This document shows positions 19,823-28,520 of a DNA stretch of 64,000 nucleotides, in pieces. The notes beneath the pieces are model-generated. The model saw nothing but the letters and a program-made list of their open reading frames with translations, did not search any database and was not told where the DNA came from. This DNA comes from Candidatus Aldehydirespirator sp. (GTDB taxonomy: Bacteria > Actinomycetota > Acidimicrobiia > Acidimicrobiales > Aldehydirespiratoraceae): positions 2,475,729-2,539,728 of the forward strand of contig OZ242020.1 of the NCBI GenBank assembly GCA_965204875.1. Direction: 5' to 3'. Position 1 is the stretch's first letter. Every line of letters begins with the position of its first letter. Both the position numbers and the translations under genes were made by a program.

Positions 19823-21174
19823 GAGCCTTCGCGGTTTTGTGGGATGGGGGGTGGTTGAGGGTCCCTGTGTGGGGGTCGAGGCCCTGCTGGAATCGGTTGT
19901 GTAAGCGACCGACGATCCAGGAGGGCCTCGATGGCTGCGGATGTTATGGGGGTGCGGTTGGGTTTGCCGCAGTTGCGGGTGTTGGGGGTTGTCTCGGACT
20001 CCCCGGAGCGGTTGGTGGTGGCTGTGGAGGCCACCTGGCGGCGGTTGCGGTGCCCTCAGTGCGGGTTCAAGTGCCATAGGGTGCATGACCGGCGCGATAA
20101 GCGGGTGCGTGATCTGGAGATCTCGGGGCGGGTGGTGACGCTGGTGTGGCGGCGCCGCCGGTTCCGCTGCGACGACTGCGGCAGCCGGTTTTTGGAGGAG
20201 CATCCGGCGTTCGAGGGCGGGTTGACGGGGCGGCTGGCGCGCAGGCTGGTGGCCGATGCCAGGGTCATGCCGGTCTCGGCGGCCGCGAGGCGTCACGGGC
20301 TGAGCTGGTGGCTGGTGATGGGCGTGCTCAGCTCCTGGGCCGGGCTTGTGGCTGAGCATCGCAGAAGCCGCGTGTGCAGGGTGCTGTTGGTGGATGAGAC
20401 CTCGATCCGCAAAGGGCATCGTTACGTGACCGTGGTCGCCTGCGGCGACACCGGCCGGATCCTGGGGCTGATCCCGTCGCGCACCACCGCCGCGCTGTCA
20501 ACGTTCCTAGCTCAGCAGGGGTATAGATGGTGCAAGCAGGTCAAGGTCGTGGTCAGCGACGGATCGCCCGCCTACAAGGCCGCCATCACCCAGCACCTGG
20601 GACACTGTCGGCATGTGCTGGACCGGTTCCACGTCATCAGATGGTTCACAGCGGGGCTCACCGCGGTGCGCCGCGACACCCAACGCCGACAGCCCCCGGG
20701 CGTCCAGCCTGTCTTTGACCGCGACGTGTTCCGAGCCAGGTTCCTGCTGCTACGCCGCGGCGACACCCTCACAGACTCTGACCGGCAGCGGCTCGACACG
20801 CTGTTCGAGGCGCACCCAAGGCTCCAAGCCGGCTGGGACGCGCTACAAGAACTCCACGGCCTCTACACCGCCGACGACCACCAAGGCGCCCTCGCCGCCC
20901 TTGACCGGTTCTGTGACCTCTACCAAACCGGCAAGCTACCCGAATACCACAAAATCGTAGACACCATCATCCAATGGAGCCCCGAAATCCTCGCATGGCA
21001 CCACACCAGCCGACCCAGCAACGGCCGCATCGAGGGCATCAACAACCTCCTACAAATCCTACGACGCACCGCCCACGGCTTCACCAACCCCACCAACTAC
21101 CAAACCCGAGCACTCCTCATAACATGAACCCAACCGACACCAGCAACCCCCATCCCACAAAAACGCGAAGGGCC
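19823..21174 (+). mobile_element. ISL3-family insertion sequence, copy 1 (1352 bp)
   Basis: Imperfect terminal inverted repeats GAGCCTTCGCGGTTTTGTGGGATGGGGG / GGCCCTTCGCGTTTTTGTGGGATGGGGG. The 8-bp target duplication AAGAAGAA is at 19815..19822 and 21175..21182. Confidence 0.9.
19931..21127 (+). CDS. ISL3-family transposase
   Basis: 398 aa. The N-terminal zinc-finger CPQCG...C....RDLEISGRVVTLVWRRRRFRCDDCG is typical of ISL3 transposases. Confidence 0.9.
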   Translation: MAADVMGVRLGLPQLRVLGVVSDSPERLVVAVEATWRRLRCPQCGFKCHRVHDRRDKRVRDLEISGRVVTLVWRRRRFRCDDCGSRFLEEHPAFEGGLTGRLARRLVADARVMPVSAAARRHGLSWWLVMGVLSSWAGLVAEHRRSRVCRVLLVDETSIRKGHRYVTVVACGDTGRILGLIPSRTTAALSTFLAQQGYRWCKQVKVVVSDGSPAYKAAITQHLGHCRHVLDRFHVIRWFTAGLTAVRRDTQRRQPPGVQPVFDRDVFRARFLLLRRGDTLTDSDRQRLDTLFEAHPRLQAGWDALQELHGLYTADDHQGALAALDRFCDLYQTGKLPEYHKIVDTIIQWSPEILAWHHTSRPSNGRIEGINNLLQILRRTAHGFTNPTNYQTRALLIT

Positions 21175-23467
21175 AAGAAGAATGGCCCTCGGCGAGACAA
21201 TAGTTGCCGGATGGCCGATGGTGTTCGGCGCCAACCCTGACAACCATGGGCGAGATCTGATCATGTCTCCACTATTGATCACAGATGTCGATCTCGAACC
21301 TAAGGGTGACTTGTGGCAGATCATCCCCCGGAGTAATGGTGTCGATCTAAACCCCTGGGCACTACGGCTTTTGGGAGTTCCTCGCGAGGAAGGGGACGCG
21401 TTGACGCGGCTGATCGAGGACACGCCCGCTGTCGAAGAGGCTAGGCTGCAAGCAGATCGTGCCGCTGCGATCCTTGATGTACTGTACAACAATGGCATCG
21501 GCGGATTGGAAGATCTAGATTCTCAAGTTCTTGCCTCGCATCAGGGTACCCCTGGCATCCATAACTCCGGGTTGATCTTCACATCGAACGGATCCACGCA
21601 GATCACTCGTAAACTCCTGGAAGATCTAGACGAACTATCCAATAGCCCCAGTATGCTGTCGAGCGGTCCGGCGGCCGTGATGCTGGGTCTGGTCGCGGCA
21701 CCGATCGTATCGATCCCGACACCGCACCCTGTGGTCGTTCCCTCGACTCTGGTGCAGGACCAGGCCATCGCGTCGGCAATGGAAAACGACTTCACCGTGG
21801 TCACAGGTCCACCTGGCACCGGAAAGTCGCAGGTTCTCGTGAATGTCGTTGCCGCGGCCGTGGCGCGTAACGAGTCTGTGCTGTTCGCGTCGAAGAACAA
21901 CAAGGCTGTGGATGTCGTGTTTGAACGGTTGGCCTTGACAAGTGCCGAGCCGTGCATCGTGCGCGCCGGTGCCTCCAGCCAACGGCGTGACGTGGCGTCG
22001 AGTATTCAGAGAATGCTAGCTACACCACACAAGCGCGTTGATCCTGCGGCTGTCCGCAGGCAGTGGCTTGCTGTCAGAGCGAAGGTTCAGCAGGTTTATG
22101 ATGTTCTTCATCGTCGTGCGCGATTGGATGGGGAAATCGGTAAACTGGAAGCTGATCTGCGCGATCGCTTGGACAAGTTGCCTGCGAACATCAACTTGGA
22201 CATCGATCCTCACCAACTCGATAAGTTACTGCAAGAAGTGCGGATCGCGCTTGACGCTTTCGGTAAGAGGCTTGGGTTTCTCCGGCGCTGGAAGAAGCAT
22301 CGTCATCGTTTGGAGCAGGCAAGAGAGAAGCTGTTGGCGCTTGGCGAGTTGGTGGGTTTGGACCGGGACATCGTTGAGCACCCACTGAGGTCGGTCAGCG
22401 ATAAACCCAAACGATCTATGGTACCGCGGCAAGACTTCAGTGCCATTGAGCGGACGGTAGACACTATTCGCTCGCTGGTGAATGACAGTCGTGCGCTTGA
22501 GCGATCGCGTCGGGAACTAGATGCTCTGCCCACCAAGCAAGAACTCGACGATCAGCTCCACACGATCGAGCGGCAGAGAGTCGAAAGTGGTCGAACGTTC
22601 CTAGACGCTCGCTGGGAACAGATACGGCGCAACGATCCAAAGTCTCGTACCGCTGCCGGTGATCTCGCAGAGTTGCTTGAGAAGGTCGCAGGTTCGGGCC
22701 GGGGAGCGCGTCGTGCCTTGGGGTTGGTTCGCCCGGCGCTCCCGGCGATTCCCGTGTGGGGTGTAACAAATCTGTCAGCTCGCACGAACTTGCCGCTAAT
22801 CAAGGGGTTGTTTGACCTAGTGGTGATAGACGAAGCATCTCAGTGCGATGTGGCCTCGGCTCTTCCGCTATTGGCACGGGGGCGTCGCGCCTTGATTATC
22901 GGCGATCAAAGACAACTGACCCACATAACCTCGCTCAGCTCGGCCCGAGAGCGCAACATTGGTCGTCGCTGGGCACTAACTGACGAACGAATCAACGAAT
23001 TCAGTTATCGACGCAGAAGTTGCTTCGGGTTGGCCGCATCGCGTGTCAGTCAGTCCCCGATCTTTCTCGACCTGCACTTCCGATCTCATCCGGGCATCAT
23101 CGGGTTCTCGAACGAGCACTTCTATGACGGCCGACTCGAGTTATGTTGGGACAACAAGGGCGCAGGTTCCTCGACGAGTTGGCCTGCCATCGAGTGGAAG
23201 AGGGTAGACGGCGATAGCCGGCAGGGTCCTCGCGGGCGGAGCCGCATCAACCCTCAGGAGGCTAGGGCATTGGTGGATGCCTTGTCCCGAGATATGGCGA
23301 CCTATCGCGAGCTTCGCCTTTCCGTGGGGATTGTCACCCCTTACCGATCACAAGTGGATCTGATACGCGAGCGGCTTCTCGAGGTGCTCGATGAGGAGTG
23401 GACTCGCGAGATCACGGTCGCAACTGCGCACAGGTTTCAGGGCGATGAGCGCGATATCATCTATTTC

Positions 23468-24819
23468 GGCCCTTCGCGTTTTTGTGGGATGGGGGTTGCT
23501 GGTGTCGGTTGGGTTCATGTTATGAGGAGTGCTCGGGTTTGGTAGTTGGTGGGGTTGGTGAAGCCGTGGGCGGTGCGTCGTAGGATTTGTAGGAGGTTGT
23601 TGATGCCCTCGATGCGGCCGTTGCTGGGTCGGCTGGTGTGGTGCCATGCGAGGATTTCGGGGCTCCATTGGATGATGGTGTCTACGATTTTGTGGTATTC
23701 GGGTAGCTTGCCGGTTTGGTAGAGGTCACAGAACCGGTCAAGGGCGGCGAGGGCGCCTTGGTGGTCGTCGGCGGTGTAGAGGCCGTGGAGTTCTTGTAGC
23801 GCGTCCCAGCCGGCTTGGAGCCTTGGGTGCGCCTCGAACAGCGTGTCGAGCCGCTGCCGGTCAGAGTCTGTGAGGGTGTCGCCGCGGCGTAGCAGCAGGA
23901 ACCTGGCTCGGAACACGTCGCGGTCAAAGACAGGCTGGACGCCCGGGGGCTGTCGGCGTTGGGTGTCGCGGCGCACCGCGGTGAGCCCCGCTGTGAACCA
24001 TCTGATGACGTGGAACCGGTCCAGCACATGCCGACAGTGTCCCAGGTGCTGGGTGATGGCGGCCTTGTAGGCGGGCGATCCGTCGCTGACCACGACCTTG
24101 ACCTGCTTGCACCATCTATACCCCTGCTGAGCTAGGAACGTTGACAGCGCGGCGGTGGTGCGCGACGGGATCAGCGCCAGGATCCGGCCGGTGTCGCCGC
24201 AGGCGACCACGGTCACGTAACGATGCCCTTTGCGGATCGAGGTCTCATCCACCAACAGCACCCTGCACACGCGGCTTCTGCGATGCTCAGCCACAAGCCC
24301 GGCCCAGGAGCTGAGCACGCCCATCACCAGCCACCAGCTCAGCCCGTGACGCCTCGCGGCCGCCGAGACCGGCATGACCCTGGCATCGGCCACCAGCCTG
24401 CGCGCCAGCCGCCCCGTCAACCCGCCCTCGAACGCCGGATGCTCCTCCAAAAACCGGCTGCCGCAGTCGTCGCAGCGGAACCGGCGGCGCCGCCACACCA
24501 GCGTCACCACCCGCCCCGAGATCTCCAGATCACGCACCCGCTTATCGCGCCGGTCATGCACCCTATGGCACTTGAACCCGCACTGAGGGCACCGCAACCG
24601 CCGCCAGGTGGCCTCCACAGCCACCACCAACCGCTCCGGGGAGTCCGAGACAACCCCCAACACCCGCAACTGCGGCAAACCCAACCGCACCCCCATAACA
24701 TCCGCAGCCATCGAGGCCCTCCTGGATCGTCGGTCGCTTACACAACCGATTCCAGCAGGGCCTCGACCCCCACACAGGGACCCTCAACCACCCCCCATCC
24801 CACAAAACCGCGAAGGCTC
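23468..24819 (-). mobile_element. ISL3-family insertion sequence, copy 2 (1352 bp, inverted relative to copy 1)
   Basis: This copy mirrors copy 1 (x maps to 44642-x). The 8-bp target duplication TCTATTTC is at 23460..23467 and 24820..24827. I found one difference from copy 1 (20465 g versus c at the position equivalent to 24177, Gly to Ala in the transposase). Confidence 0.9.
23515..24711 (-). CDS. ISL3-family transposase
   Basis: 398 aa, identical to the copy-1 transposase except G/A in GRIL(G/A)LIPS. Confidence 0.9.
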   Translation of the reverse strand: MAADVMGVRLGLPQLRVLGVVSDSPERLVVAVEATWRRLRCPQCGFKCHRVHDRRDKRVRDLEISGRVVTLVWRRRRFRCDDCGSRFLEEHPAFEGGLTGRLARRLVADARVMPVSAAARRHGLSWWLVMGVLSSWAGLVAEHRRSRVCRVLLVDETSIRKGHRYVTVVACGDTGRILALIPSRTTAALSTFLAQQGYRWCKQVKVVVSDGSPAYKAAITQHLGHCRHVLDRFHVIRWFTAGLTAVRRDTQRRQPPGVQPVFDRDVFRARFLLLRRGDTLTDSDRQRLDTLFEAHPRLQAGWDALQELHGLYTADDHQGALAALDRFCDLYQTGKLPEYHKIVDTIIQWSPEILAWHHTSRPSNGRIEGINNLLQILRRTAHGFTNPTNYQTRALLIT

Positions 24820-25558
24820 TCTATTTCTCACCCGTCATCGGCCCCTCGATGTCGGAGCGACAGGCCGCCTTTGCATCGGATCCCAACCTCGTGAACGTTG
24901 CTCTCACGAGGGCTCGCCGGAGACTCGTCATCTTCGGAAATATGGGCGCATGTCTCAGGCATCGCAACGTGCTCGCCGAGCTGGCTCGATACGTTAGCCG
25001 TTTTGAAGTCGAAGGGTTCGACAGCCCACTCGAACTGGCTCTGTATGAAGCCCTGCTAGAGCGCGGCATCGCAGCGCAAACCGGAGTCATCGTGGCAGGT
25101 CACCGTTTGGATCTGGCCGTCGTTCAAGACGGCCGAAGACTAGACATCGAGTGCGATGGCGCTGCCTTCCACAGCGGCCGCGAGGCCGACCGGATACGCG
25201 ACCGAGACATCAGAGCCGCAGGATGGCGGGTCATGCGGTTTAGCGGCCGACGCCTCAGCACCGATCTAGCGGGCTGCGTAGAAGATATAGAGAGATTGCT
25301 TGTTTAGCCGAAACCGGAGTTTGAAGCAACCGGATTAGCGACTCTTTGCTTTTGGTCCGGGGTGGGGTGGTGGCGGTGCTGTTGGCGTTCCAGGCGAACG
25401 CGGCGGCGCCGAGGGTGCGTGATGCGGTGGAGTCCGGCCGGGTGTCGCAGACCAACGCCAAGAGGTTGGCTGAGGCGGTAGAGCTTGCTGCGCCTATCAG
25501 AGCACATATCGGCGTAGGGGAGTCGGCTGTGCGTCTAAATCGGCTGCGCTTGCCGGTT

Positions 25559-25960
25559 CTATTGGGTTAGATGCTGGCGTAGGGACTTGGCTATGGCGTC
25601 TAGGTCTGCTGGGTCGGCGTCGGTGTCAGCCTGGGCGAAGTCCAGGTGGGACATCGTCTCTATGGGCACCACGTGCACGTGCACGTGCGGCACCTCGAAA
25701 CCGGCGATCATCAGGCCTACGCGGCCTGGGGCGAGTCCCGCCGCCCGCTGCGCGGCTGCCACCCGGTGCGCGACCGCCATGAGGTGGCCGACGGTGCCCG
25801 GATCCAGGTCCACCCAGTGGTCGACCTCGGCCCGGGGCACCACCAGTACATGGCCGCGGTTGAGGGGCCGCACGTCGAGGAAGGCGACGCAGGTGTCGTC
25901 GCTCCACACGAAGCGGCCCGGAATCTCGCCATCGATGATGCGGGTGAAGATTGAAGGCAC
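25559..25960 (-). CDS. HIT-family (histidine triad) protein
   Basis: VPSIFTRIIDGEIPG...NRGHVLVVP...VPHVHVHVVP contains the HxHxH triad. The GTG start at 25960 lies inside the 497-aa ORF of the track. Confidence 0.85.
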   Translation of the reverse strand: MPSIFTRIIDGEIPGRFVWSDDTCVAFLDVRPLNRGHVLVVPRAEVDHWVDLDPGTVGHLMAVAHRVAAAQRAAGLAPGRVGLMIAGFEVPHVHVHVVPIETMSHLDFAQADTDADPADLDAIAKSLRQHLTQ

Positions 25961-25984
25961 ACGCTGATCGTAGGCTCCACGCCG

Positions 25985-26647
25985 GTGAGCGCGCAGACTG
26001 GCGGCAGCGAGGACGACGAGACCTCGGATCAGCCGAGTCTTGTTACGCCGGTGAGCGCGCAGACCGGCGGCAGCGAGGACCGCATCCTCACCGTCCCCAA
26101 CCTGATCTCGGTGCTGCGTCTGGCCTGCATCCCGTGGTTCCTGTGGCTGATGTTCGGCGCGCAGGACCGCTGGGGCGCGGCACTGCTTTGGGGCGCGCTC
26201 GGCGCCACCGACTGGCTGGACGGGTGGTGGGCCAGGCGCTTCGACTCGGTCAGCCGCCTCGGCAAGCTGCTCGACCCGATCACCGACCGCGGCGTGCTTC
26301 TCGTCGGGATGCTCGCAGTGGGCATCGACGGGTCGGTTCCTTGGTGGCTGGTGCTGCTGGCACTGGCACGCGAGGGCCTCGTCGCCGTTGCCGGACTCGT
26401 GCTGCTGTCGCTTGGCGGCAAGCCGATCGATGTGACCTGGTGGGGGAAGTGCGCCACGTTCGGGCTCTACTTCAGCTTCCCGCTGCTGCTGGCCGGCGCT
26501 TCCGATATCGCCGCCGCCGAGGCCCTGCGTGTGGCCGGGTGGGTGTGCGCCGCGCCCTCGCTCGCCTACAGCTACCTCTCGGCGCTGCAGTACATACCCC
26601 TGGGTCTGGAGTCGCTGCGCCAGCGGCGAACCGGCGGCACATTGTGA
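25985..26647 (+). CDS. CDP-alcohol phosphatidyltransferase (PgsA/cardiolipin-synthase-like)
   Basis: TVPNLISVLRL...DWLDGWWARR...GKLLDPITD is the CDP-OH_P_transferase motif. The alternative start GTG 26051 lies in the second copy of a 36-nt duplication and leaves more promoter room. Confidence 0.8.
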   Translation: MSAQTGGSEDDETSDQPSLVTPVSAQTGGSEDRILTVPNLISVLRLACIPWFLWLMFGAQDRWGAALLWGALGATDWLDGWWARRFDSVSRLGKLLDPITDRGVLLVGMLAVGIDGSVPWWLVLLALAREGLVAVAGLVLLSLGGKPIDVTWWGKCATFGLYFSFPLLLAGASDIAAAEALRVAGWVCAAPSLAYSYLSALQYIPLGLESLRQRRTGGTL

Positions 26648-26714
26648 GCCCAGCCCCAGCCGCTCACACCACCGAGCCAGCGTCGCCGCGCCGGAAGCGA
26701 CGCCTGGGAATCCC

Positions 26715-28457
26715 GTGACCACCGTGGGCGATGGCAGCATCTCGCAGGGCAATGGCAAAGTCTCGCGCCCGGCGCTCGCAGATAACGCCTTGAACACCGT
26801 GCGCAGCGGTCGGGGCGCCTTGCTGGAGCGGCTGGTGTCGCAGCAGCACGACGCGCTGATCGTGGGAGGCGGCGTCAACGGCGCGGTCTCGGCGCTCGCG
26901 CTGGCGGCGCACGGGCTGCGCGTCGCCCTCATCGAGTCCGGGGACTTCGCCTCGGGGGTCAGCCAGGAATCCTCCAACCTCATCTGGGGCGGCTTCAAGT
27001 ACCTGCAGACAGGCGAGGTGAGGCTGGTGGCAGGACTCTGCCGCTCACGCAACAGGCTGGCCCGCGCCTACCCGAGCCGCTTGCTCGAAGCTCGCTTCCT
27101 GGCCGTGCTCGGCGACAGGTCGCCCTACTCGCCCGGCTTCGCAACGCTGGGCGCGCACGCCTACTGGGCCCTGGGGCGCTTCAGCACGCGCCGGCCCCAG
27201 CACGCGGCCGCTCACTCGCTAGCCGACATCGAACCGGCGGTGGAGATGAGCGGGGCGCGCGGCGCGGTGGAGTACTCCGACTACCTGCTGGCCGACACCG
27301 ATGCTCGCTTCGTGGTGCAGTTCATCCTCGACGCGGCGGACCGCGGCGCCGTCGCCGTGTCCCGGCTGAGCCTCTGCAACGCCGAGCGGGCCGGCGCCGG
27401 ATGGCGGGCAGAGGTGCTGGACCGTCTCAGCGGCACCCGCCACTGCGTGTCCGCACGGGTGCTGGTCAACGCCGCCGGGCCGGACGCCGCAGAGGTCGCG
27501 GGACTCGGCGGCGGGACGCTGAAGCGCTCCCTGCGGTTCTCCAAGGGCGTGCACATCGTGGTTCCCCGGATAACCGCCTCGGGCCGGGTGCTCGCCTTCT
27601 TCGACCACGACCAGCGCCTCTTCTACGTGATCCCCATGGGACACCGCTCCCTCATCGGCACGACCGACACCCGTGTCGAGGGCGCGCAAGCCTCGGTCAC
27701 TGCCGAGGATCGGAGCTTCCTGCTCGACCTCGCCAACGAGCAGCTGCGCCTGGCGGCCCCGCTGCGTGATGGCGATGTGATCGCCGAGCGGTGCGGCGTG
27801 CGGGCGCTCGTCGTCGAGCGTGCCGGCGACGAGAACCGCGACTGGATGGACCTGTCGCGCCGCCATGCCATCGAGACCGACCCCGACAGAGGGATGGTCT
27901 CGATCCTCGGCGGCAAGTTGAGCGACTGCCTCAACGTCGGCGGCAAGGTGCTCGACGCGGTGCGCGCCTGCGGCCTGCAGCCCGCTCGCGGCCGGATCAG
28001 ATGGTTCGGCGAGCCCCCGGAGTCCGAGCGTGCCCGCTTCGTTCTGGAGGCACGGCGGGTGGGGTTCGACGCCCTCGCCGCCGCGACGCTCTGGCGCCGT
28101 CACGGGCGCCGCGCTCTCGAGATCGCGGAACTGGTGGGCGAGTCGCCCGATCTGGGATTGCCGCTCAGCGACCTGGTGGACTACTCGGCTGCCGAGGTGG
28201 AGGTGATGGCACGTCACGAGCAGATCGTCACGATGCAGGACTTCCTGCGACGCCGCACCATGCTGGCGTTGCTGGAACCCGCCCAGAGTCTGCAGGCCGA
28301 TCCGGGTGTGGCACGGTCGGCGAAGATCCTGTTCGGGGCAGCAGCCGGCCGACACGCCATTGCCTGCGAAGATTCCTGGGCCGAGCGGATCACGGATCAC
28401 GGCGCGCCCCCCAAGACCGGCGGCTCCCGCACCCACGGCGCTGATACGCATGGCTAG
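26715..28457 (+). CDS. FAD-dependent glycerol-3-phosphate dehydrogenase-like oxidoreductase
   Basis: DALIVGGGVNGAVSALALAAHGLRVALIESGDFASGVSQESSNLIWGG is a dinucleotide-binding N-terminus, followed by a GlpD-like C-terminus. The start is uncertain (GTG 26715). Confidence 0.75.
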   Translation: MTTVGDGSISQGNGKVSRPALADNALNTVRSGRGALLERLVSQQHDALIVGGGVNGAVSALALAAHGLRVALIESGDFASGVSQESSNLIWGGFKYLQTGEVRLVAGLCRSRNRLARAYPSRLLEARFLAVLGDRSPYSPGFATLGAHAYWALGRFSTRRPQHAAAHSLADIEPAVEMSGARGAVEYSDYLLADTDARFVVQFILDAADRGAVAVSRLSLCNAERAGAGWRAEVLDRLSGTRHCVSARVLVNAAGPDAAEVAGLGGGTLKRSLRFSKGVHIVVPRITASGRVLAFFDHDQRLFYVIPMGHRSLIGTTDTRVEGAQASVTAEDRSFLLDLANEQLRLAAPLRDGDVIAERCGVRALVVERAGDENRDWMDLSRRHAIETDPDRGMVSILGGKLSDCLNVGGKVLDAVRACGLQPARGRIRWFGEPPESERARFVLEARRVGFDALAAATLWRRHGRRALEIAELVGESPDLGLPLSDLVDYSAAEVEVMARHEQIVTMQDFLRRRTMLALLEPAQSLQADPGVARSAKILFGAAAGRHAIACEDSWAERITDHGAPPKTGGSRTHGADTHG

Positions 28458-28473
28458 AGTCTCGGCGGATCAC

Positions 28474-28487
28474 TGAAAGCGTTTGCA
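28474..28487. promoter_or_regulatory. LacI-family operator candidate TGAAAGCGTTTGCA
   Basis: A near-palindrome fitting TGNAANCGNTTNCA, 34 nt upstream of the glucosidase start. Confidence 0.55.
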
Positions 28488-28520
28488 CACGACGCCTACA
28501 AGAGACCTAGGAGCTAACTC

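Larger units (their letters stand above)
19339..25307 (+). pseudogene. OB-fold / DUF4011-like / SF1 (Upf1-DNA2-like) helicase / C-terminal Vsr-DUF559-like nuclease gene, split into three by two IS insertions
   Basis: Segments 19339..19822, 21183..23467 and 24828..25307 join in frame to 3249 nt once each IS and one TSD copy are removed. Motifs: GPPGTGKSQ, VVIDEASQ, HFRSHPGIIGFSN, RFQGDERDIIYF, NVALTRARRRL, HRLDLAV...LDIECDGAAFH. Confidence 0.85.

Noticed and set aside
19815-24827. IS-helicase core-IS as a single composite transposon insertion
   Set aside because: Each IS has its own matching 8-bp duplication (AAGAAGAA, TCTATTTC). The outer flanks of the pair do not match each other. The interrupted gene is collinear across both, so these are two independent insertions.
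25346-25570. 74-aa ORF in the lower-GC gap after the helicase-nuclease gene
   Set aside because: It has no SD or promoter signal and no recognisable domain, and it overlaps the HIT gene end. It may be a remnant of island DNA, but I cannot support a gene call.
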